Source: a virus
Taxonomy: Duplodnaviria > Caudoviricetes
Reading direction: 5' to 3' (one strand)
IMG/VR virus record: IMGVR_UViG_3300035158_000483
Location: 1 to 52,585 of that record
DNA length: 52,585 nt
Positions within the stretch are counted from its first letter, which is position 1. Every line of letters starts with the position of its first letter. Under the pieces are notes generated by a model. That model did not search any database. It saw nothing but the letters and a program-made list of their open reading frames with translations, and was not told the origin of the DNA. Shown in pieces: positions 46,717 to 52,585 of this stretch. The position numbers and the translations under genes were made by a program.

Positions 46717-47493
46717 ATGGAGAAGACGCGAGAGCAGATCATTGCAGAAAAGACTTGGACTTGCCCGGACTGCGGCGAGGACGTCGAGCCCCTGATCCTA
46801 GACGATGGCCACGTAATCAAGCGCCGGTTCTGTGACTGCCCGGCTGGCCAGGAGAAGGAAGAGGAGGTCTTCGGCAAGGCGTATCTGCACAGAGCGCAGC
46901 GCAAACGCTGGGTTGGGGATTCGAGGCTTGACCCCAACCTGACGTTCGATAACTACGAGGGGGTCCACAAGGCGCGGGCAATCGGTTACGTCACGTCGCT
47001 ACTGGCTGGAGACGAGGGCTGGTGCTGGATTCACGGCCCTGCCGGCACGCACAAGCGCCACTTGGCCAACGCGATGGGGATGCTGATCCTGAACCAGAGC
47101 AAGCAAGATCCGCGTGTGCAATATCTCGACTGGGCGCACTTCGAGCGCGAGATGAGGAACTCGTGGGACGACAGCGAGAGATCCGACTACCCGCACCAAT
47201 TCCGCCAGGCGCAGAAGGCTCACCTGCTGATCGTCTCCGGCGCGGGGAAGGTGTCGCGTAATGCGTGGGGTGTCCGGCAATTCGTGGACCTGATCTCCTA
47301 CCGCAGTCGAGGGCACAAGCCTACCGTCTTTGTCTCGCACCTGCCGTTCCGAGACGGAAGCGATTCGCTGTACCAGGTGCTGCGGGAGACTGGACTCAGG
47401 GACGTTCACCTGTTCCTCGAGGAGTGGACGGCGATATTCGAGCACGAGATTATGGAGCAGCCAAACGGGCTGATCATATACACCGGGAGGTAG
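46717..47493 (+). CDS. DnaC/IstB-like helicase loader with degenerate ATPase motifs
   Basis: Zn motif CPDCG...CDC, TFDNY, HGPAGTHKRHLA, LLIVSGAG and YRSRGHKPTVFVSH. Confidence 0.75.
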   Translation: MEKTREQIIAEKTWTCPDCGEDVEPLILDDGHVIKRRFCDCPAGQEKEEEVFGKAYLHRAQRKRWVGDSRLDPNLTFDNYEGVHKARAIGYVTSLLAGDEGWCWIHGPAGTHKRHLANAMGMLILNQSKQDPRVQYLDWAHFEREMRNSWDDSERSDYPHQFRQAQKAHLLIVSGAGKVSRNAWGVRQFVDLISYRSRGHKPTVFVSHLPFRDGSDSLYQVLRETGLRDVHLFLEEWTAIFEHEIMEQPNGLIIYTGR

Positions 47494-47802
47494 ATGATGG
47501 TTACGTACTTCTACGAACACACCGACGACGATCCACCCTGCGGGGCCAAGGTCTTCCGCGTCAAGCAGAAGATCACCAATCCCCACGTCTTGAAGGCCTG
47601 CCCCGAGTGCGGCGAGCCGGTGCAGAAGGTGATCACCGGCGGCTTTGCCACCCTCTACAAGGGAGAGGGGTGGACGCGCAAGGACCAGGAGAGCGACGAG
47701 CGCGTCGAGGAGCGCCTGCGCAACGGCGATGTCCCGACGACTATAGACACAAGAGAGCTAGGGTACTACCCCGGCCCGTACGAGGGCGCGGTAGGCCCAT
47801 AG
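47494..47802 (+). CDS. FmdB-like zinc-ribbon protein
   Basis: YFYEH...CG...F...CPECGEPVQKVIT...YKGEGW. Confidence 0.65.
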   Translation: MMVTYFYEHTDDDPPCGAKVFRVKQKITNPHVLKACPECGEPVQKVITGGFATLYKGEGWTRKDQESDERVEERLRNGDVPTTIDTRELGYYPGPYEGAVGP

Positions 47803-47812
47803 GAGGTCAAGG

Positions 47813-48250
47813 ATGTCTCAGTGGACAGTGCCCGAGCCGCCGGCGTGGATGGACGATGCTCCGTCCCCGGAGGACAGCGTGCTTGTTTCCGAGACGGAAG
47901 GGTACGGTTGGCAGAGCTACGAGGACTTCCGAGACACCGTAAGAGAATACGCCGATACTGAGCCGAATGGCTACTTTGGGAAGATCGACGAGGACACAGC
48001 GCACAGAATCGCGGCAAAACTGGCCCATATCGTCCGCCCCTGGGTGAAGGCAACACAGCCGATGGGGTCCTGGGAGGATATGACGCGAACGATGCGCTTA
48101 ATCGTCCTCAACGACATTACCGGCCTCAAGCTCTCCAGTACCAAGGACCTGCCGGCTGGATACAGCCACCTGGCGGGCATGCTTGGAGCCCGGACGTGGA
48201 GGCCTGATACCACAGTAGCCGACATTATCCGCGACAAGTTTGGATTCTAG
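47813..48250 (+). CDS. Hypothetical protein (145 aa)
   Basis: CCCATAGGAGG ribosome-binding site. Confidence 0.65.
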   Translation: MSQWTVPEPPAWMDDAPSPEDSVLVSETEGYGWQSYEDFRDTVREYADTEPNGYFGKIDEDTAHRIAAKLAHIVRPWVKATQPMGSWEDMTRTMRLIVLNDITGLKLSSTKDLPAGYSHLAGMLGARTWRPDTTVADIIRDKFGF

Positions 48251-48264
48251 TCCAGGAGGATAAC

Positions 48265-49638
48265 GTGAAAGCCCCAGAGAATATGATGCCCCGCACGATC
48301 GAGGCGGAAGAGGCCGTCCTCGGCTCGATTGTCATTGATCCAGCGTGTCTCACGGACACTGAAGTCCTGGAGATCGTAAGCCCTGATGACTTCTACATAC
48401 GCAAGAACGGTTTCATTTTCAAGGCCGTCGTAGAGCTGTTCGAGGCCAACCGAGCGATTGACTTCGTCACCCTCTCCGACAAGCTGGATGCTCAGGGCTT
48501 GTTGGAGGAAATCGGCGGCGCCGCCTACCTCACCAATCTCTTCCAAGCCGTGCCCAGTGCCCTCAATGTCGCTTCCTACGCTGAGGACGTCGCCAGCACG
48601 GCGAAGAAGCGCCGACTGATCCACGCCGGCAGCAAGATCGTAGAGCTGGCAACGAATGAGGAGGACGCGGACGAGGCCGTTGAACAGGCCGAGGCTGCAC
48701 TGTTCAACGTGACAGAGGACGACGATCAAGGCCGGATGGTCGATGCCCAAGAAGCCGCCTCAACGTTCTACGCGCAGTTGGAGGAGCGTCACGAGCGCGG
48801 CAGTGACGTGATCGGCATTGCGACCGGCCTGACGGATCTGGACCGGATGGTCGGCGGGTTCCAGGAGGAGGACCTGATCCTGATCGCCGCCAGGCCCTCG
48901 ATGGGCAAGACCGCCCTGGCCACCACGATTATGAACAACGCGACCAACAACGGGAAGCGTGTCGCGATGTTCAGCCTAGAGATGTCCCACGCTCAGGTGA
49001 TGCAGCGGATCGTCGCCCAACGCACCGGCCTGAACGTACAGGACCTGCGCCTCGGGCGCGTCAAGGACGAGCACTGGCCGATCATTAGCGAGGAGACCGG
49101 CATAATCAGCGAGCTCCCGATGCACATTGACGACACGCCGGCAATCTCCACGGTGATGCTCAAGACCAAGACGCGACGCCTGCAGCGACGCCTTGGGCTG
49201 GACCTGGTGATCGTGGACTATTTGCAGTTGATGCACTACTCGGAGGGGCTGACGCACCGAGCGACGGAGATCACCTACATCTCCCAACAGCTCAAGGCCC
49301 TGGCACGCGACCTGCACGTCCCGATCATTGCTCTGTCGCAGTTGAACCGCGACCTCAAGCACCGCGCCGACAAGCACCCCACCCTAGCGGATCTTCGTGG
49401 GTCGGGCAGTCTGGAGCAGGACGCTGACATTGTGATGTTCCTGACTCGCCTCAACAAGTACGACGAGGACGTGCCCCCGAGCGAGACGCACCTGGATATC
49501 GCCAAGCAACGCAACGGGCCTACTGGGCGCGTCGAGCTTTTCTTCCACGAGGACACCACCCACTTCTCCAACGCGGTTCAGATGGACGATGTGCCGACCG
49601 CGCCCGTACGCACCAGAGAGGAGGGCATACCGTTCTGA
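48265..49638 (+). CDS. dnaB: Replicative DNA helicase
   Basis: EAEEAVLGS, IAARPSMGKTA, FSLEM, IVDYLQLM, LSQLNR, LRGSGSLEQDAD and AKQRNGPTG. Confidence 0.97.
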   Translation: MKAPENMMPRTIEAEEAVLGSIVIDPACLTDTEVLEIVSPDDFYIRKNGFIFKAVVELFEANRAIDFVTLSDKLDAQGLLEEIGGAAYLTNLFQAVPSALNVASYAEDVASTAKKRRLIHAGSKIVELATNEEDADEAVEQAEAALFNVTEDDDQGRMVDAQEAASTFYAQLEERHERGSDVIGIATGLTDLDRMVGGFQEEDLILIAARPSMGKTALATTIMNNATNNGKRVAMFSLEMSHAQVMQRIVAQRTGLNVQDLRLGRVKDEHWPIISEETGIISELPMHIDDTPAISTVMLKTKTRRLQRRLGLDLVIVDYLQLMHYSEGLTHRATEITYISQQLKALARDLHVPIIALSQLNRDLKHRADKHPTLADLRGSGSLEQDADIVMFLTRLNKYDEDVPPSETHLDIAKQRNGPTGRVELFFHEDTTHFSNAVQMDDVPTAPVRTREEGIPF

Positions 49639-50081
49639 TGACCACGTTGTTCCCCTGGTCGGAGATCGAGCAGCCGCCTGCTGAGAAACGTAGGCGGCTG
49701 CGTGCTGAAGTGTACGCAGAGCGCAGCGACTTCTTCTACCGGCAGGAGCGGTACGTGCCTACGTGCGTCCTGTGTGGCCGGCCGCTGGTAGAGGGCTGTG
49801 GCTTTCACGCCCACGAGACCATAATCACCCGAGCTGACGTTCCCGCAAAACGCTGGCAGGACCTGATTATGGTGAGAGAGAACATTTCGCTCCTCTGCCC
49901 GACGTGCCATATGCGCCGTGGGCACTCCGAAGCTGCAGAGGAGATTATGGTTAGCGTTCTGATTGACCGGTATGGTAAGGGCGCAATACTCGAATGGCTT
50001 GAGTCTCTGCCCTTCAAGGTGGAGCCTATGATTAGCGAGGCGCTATGCAGAGATCTAGGTCTGGAGAAGTGGGGGAGATAA
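49638..50081 (+). CDS. HNH/NinG-like nuclease (147 aa)
   Basis: CVLCG...HAHE...NISLLCPTCH. Confidence 0.6.
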   Translation: MTTLFPWSEIEQPPAEKRRRLRAEVYAERSDFFYRQERYVPTCVLCGRPLVEGCGFHAHETIITRADVPAKRWQDLIMVRENISLLCPTCHMRRGHSEAAEEIMVSVLIDRYGKGAILEWLESLPFKVEPMISEALCRDLGLEKWGR

Positions 50082-50210
50082 AAAAAGTTGGAGCGCCGGT
50101 TGGCCCACCGGCGCTCCGCCCCATAGAGGTATACGATGCCCGTTAGGGCACGTCCTCACGTCGTTACTATAGCATACCCCCGTATACCTGTCAAGAATTG
50201 GAAAACCTTC

Positions 50211-50264
50211 ACTTGACAAACGTTCAGTAACCTGTATAATATAGTCACTGTACGTTCGTACAGT
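50211..50264 (+). promoter_or_regulatory. Consensus sigma70 promoter with two operators
   Basis: TTGACA (50213), 16 nt, TATAAT (50235); operators at 50211-50228 and 50247-50264. Confidence 0.8.
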
Positions 50265-50307
50265 TCTCACGCTCCGAACGGCAGAAAACCCCATAGAGAG
50301 GAGACCA

Positions 50308-50856
50308 ATGGATATCGCAGAACTTCGAGAGACCGAGTTGAGCGACGAAGAGATCTTGGAGCGCTTGCTATTCGCTCTAGCACGCGCCAGAGAGGACGCT
50401 CACCGGATCAAAGGGATGAAAGACGATGCGTACGAAGCGATGCTCCAGACGGTCGAGGGGCAAGAATACCTCACACTCAGCGAGGAGCACAGTGAAGCCA
50501 GGGACGCGGCCAAGCAATTCAAGGCGATGGCCGGCGATCTCGCGGTCGAGCTCTTCGATGGCCAGGACAAGGACGTAGCGCCTGGCGCCAGCATTGCGAT
50601 CTACGCCAACTTCGTACTCCACGAGGACGATGCAGTCCGATGGGCCGTGGACAACGGCCACAGCATTCTACTCCGCCCCGACACCAACGGCTTCAAGAAC
50701 TTGTTGGACCGGTTGCCGGAGGAGATCTACGAGATCGAGGAAGAGCCCCGCGCCAGGATCAGCCGCAAGGATCTGAGCGAGTTGTACCCAGTCGAGACGG
50801 TACCCGCCGCCGCTTCCGTCACGGAAGAAACCGACGACTACGATATCCCCTTCTAG
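50308..50856 (+). CDS. Hypothetical recombination-module protein (182 aa)
   Basis: Helical acidic protein ending DDYDIPF. Confidence 0.65.
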   Translation: MDIAELRETELSDEEILERLLFALARAREDAHRIKGMKDDAYEAMLQTVEGQEYLTLSEEHSEARDAAKQFKAMAGDLAVELFDGQDKDVAPGASIAIYANFVLHEDDAVRWAVDNGHSILLRPDTNGFKNLLDRLPEEIYEIEEEPRARISRKDLSELYPVETVPAAASVTEETDDYDIPF

Positions 50857-50858
50857 CG

Positions 50859-51173
50859 ATGATAGTCATTGACCACTGGAACCGGTACTACGGCTTCACG
50901 TCTGAGGAAGAGACCGAGGACACAATCGTCCGACGCCGCGGTCTCAAGCTCAACTACAAGTGCGGTATCTGCAGCGGGACGCTCGTTGAGTACCCGCCTG
51001 GCCAGCACGATGTAGACGAGTGGCACATAGCCTGTGCTCAGTGCGGCAATACGGAAGTCTTCATTCACAGCCACGAGGTAGCGCAGAACAAACACAAGGC
51101 GCAAGAGCTAATCGACGCCCTGGACCCAGAAGCCCAGGGCGATGTGATTAAGATGCTGCAACAAGCCCTATAG
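50859..51173 (+). CDS. Zinc-ribbon protein (104 aa)
   Basis: MIVIDHWN...CGICSG...CAQCG. Confidence 0.6.
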   Translation: MIVIDHWNRYYGFTSEEETEDTIVRRRGLKLNYKCGICSGTLVEYPPGQHDVDEWHIACAQCGNTEVFIHSHEVAQNKHKAQELIDALDPEAQGDVIKMLQQAL

Positions 51174-51186
51174 AGGAGGCAAACCG

Positions 51187-52380
51187 ATGCTCACGTCTAT
51201 GCTGCAGCTTCGCAAAGGTGCAGAGAAGCGATCAGACAGCCCTGGCCCAGATCTGTCTTACTTCCGCCCCGTTGCCGAGGAAGGCTTCAAGCACCTCGGC
51301 GTTGTGGATGCGTTCCGAGACACCTATGGCTCCGAACCCCGTACGGTCAAGGCCATTCTCCCTGGTGCCAAGGCCGACGATGTGTGGTCGTGGCGCTACG
51401 AGGAATGGGGAGGCAACAACCTGCTGAAGCACGCCTGCGACGGCGACTACGTTGTCCAGTATTATGACCGAGGGCGACGAAAACACGTGCATATCGGGGA
51501 TGAGATGATAGGGCCAGATGGAGAGGCCAAGACATTCGAATACGGCGATATGCCGTGCCCTTACCACAGCGGTCAGCGCCAGCGCACGCGAAAGCGGCCC
51601 GGATGCCGGCCCAGTGGCCACCTCCAGCTCTTCCTTCCCGATCTGGTCGAGGAGTTGCAGGCGCGTGGCGTGTCCACGGTCGGCGTCGTCACCCTCAAGA
51701 CGACGTCGATCTACGACTGCCTGCACATTACGGAGTTCCTCAAGGCCGTGGAGCAGCAACAGCGAGCTGCCGGCAAGACGCTACTCGGCTTCGAGCTCGT
51801 CGTCCGGCGCGTGGAGAAGGAGATCACCTGCTCCTGGGACGGCGGCCGCAAGCGAGACACAAAGTGGATGATCCAGTTGGCAGAATCCAGCGATTTCGCC
51901 CTGCAGAGGTTGATGCAGGCACGTGAGGCACAGTTGATGGCCGAGGCCGCTGAGGTCGAGGAGCAGTTCGTTGAGCCTGAAACCCCAGAGCCGCCAGGAG
52001 GCGACTTAACGAACGTTCAGGGAGAGGGAAGCCCAACACCCATAGAACCGCCAGAAATCCCAGAAAACGGCCAGGAACGGGCTGAGAAGCCTGCTGAGAG
52101 CCAGGAAGAGGTGCAGACTGGCGATGACTGGCCCGGTGGCGATATCACGGCCTTCTTCAACTGGGCAAACGACGAGCAGGGCATTACGCCGGGCGATGCG
52201 ATGAAGATGCTCGACGTGACCACGATGTCGGAGTTCGTCGGGAGCCCCGAGGACGCTCGGGAGCAAATCCTAAAGGCCCTGGGACCTGACACAGACGCTT
52301 CCGAGACGGAAGAAGCTCCAAGCTACAACCAGGCACTGGACCCCGAAAAGGAACCGGAAGAAGACAAAATCCCCTTCTAA
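51187..52380 (+). CDS. Recombination-directionality-factor-like (Gp3-like) protein (397 aa)
   Basis: LRKG...DLSYFR, ACDG, CPY...CRPSGHLQLFLPDL...GVVTLKTTSIY; acidic tail ending KIPF. Confidence 0.6.
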   Translation: MLTSMLQLRKGAEKRSDSPGPDLSYFRPVAEEGFKHLGVVDAFRDTYGSEPRTVKAILPGAKADDVWSWRYEEWGGNNLLKHACDGDYVVQYYDRGRRKHVHIGDEMIGPDGEAKTFEYGDMPCPYHSGQRQRTRKRPGCRPSGHLQLFLPDLVEELQARGVSTVGVVTLKTTSIYDCLHITEFLKAVEQQQRAAGKTLLGFELVVRRVEKEITCSWDGGRKRDTKWMIQLAESSDFALQRLMQAREAQLMAEAAEVEEQFVEPETPEPPGGDLTNVQGEGSPTPIEPPEIPENGQERAEKPAESQEEVQTGDDWPGGDITAFFNWANDEQGITPGDAMKMLDVTTMSEFVGSPEDAREQILKALGPDTDASETEEAPSYNQALDPEKEPEEDKIPF

Positions 52381-52474
52381 CAAGCGACCAGAGTGCTTTC
52401 CGAGCTCTGACTCGCTACCCTGTGCGGGGGGACTGGTGACTGGGCACCTGCTCCCCCCGCTGTAACCATACCCC

Positions 52475-52585
52475 GTCAACTACCCCACCCCGAGGGGTGG
52501 GGCTTGGGGAGGCAAGACCCTGACTAAGAGTTGACTAGCCTAAGCCCGTTTCCGCAAGGATATAGTCAAGGGCTACGTTACACGG
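52475..52585 (+). ncRNA. 5' part of an IS200/IS605 IscB-type omegaRNA (HEARO-like), truncated by the window edge
   Basis: GTCAACTACCCCACCC-CGAG-GGGTGGGGCTTG...GTTGACTAGCCTAAG...CTACGTT, with GTCAAC/GTTGAC pairing. Confidence 0.75.

Larger units (their letters stand above)
4489..52311. repeat. Dispersed 13-bp palindrome TTCCG-NNN-CGGAA (at least 24 exact copies)
   Basis: Copies start at 4489, 7379, 15245, 18283, 19589, 22296, 24414, 30625, 31445, 31976, 32983, 34239, 34263, 35136, 35337, 35358, 40062, 40846, 41976, 44868, 47347, 47887, 50814 and 52299. Confidence 0.95.

Noticed and set aside
187-52479. Many antisense and alternate-frame ORFs in the track (e.g. 35600..36658, 38017..38940, 39658..40611, 19860..20726)
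   Set aside because: They are shadows of long GC-rich genes, with no ribosome-binding sites or recognisable motifs.

Overview
This window is most of a GC-rich, tailed (siphovirus-like) phage or prophage genome with two divergent arms. The minus-strand arm (~1-28900) is the virion morphogenesis module: tail fibre and tail proteins, a 2606-aa tape-measure protein, tail chaperones, tail tube, a glycosyltransferase, head-tail proteins, major capsid, scaffold, portal, TerL, a DEDDh exonuclease and a sulfotransferase. The plus-strand arm (~29200-52400) carries early and replication genes: SSB, a methyltransferase-helicase fusion, a LexA-like DNA-binding protein, a resolvase-like nuclease, an initiator, a DnaC-like loader, DnaB and recombination proteins. 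The most notable candidate is a two-barrel (DPBB) RNA polymerase, with a DFDED motif in beta-prime-like context, fused to the N-terminus of the tape-measure protein together with a ComEA-like HhH domain. Other highlights: a 319-nt ORF-less group I intron splitting the major capsid gene; a mini-intein in the TerL Walker A motif; at least 24 exact copies of a 13-bp palindrome TTCCG-N3-CGGAA in genes and spacers; about 18 LexA-box-like 18-bp operators over nearly every sigma70-type promoter, with a peptidase-less LexA-like protein; an anticodon-less tRNA-like element over the portal stop codon; a likely +1 frameshift in the tail chaperone; and the start of an IscB-type omegaRNA at the right edge. 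No integrase or clear lysis cassette is visible. All family calls come from motif recognition by eye, not database searches.
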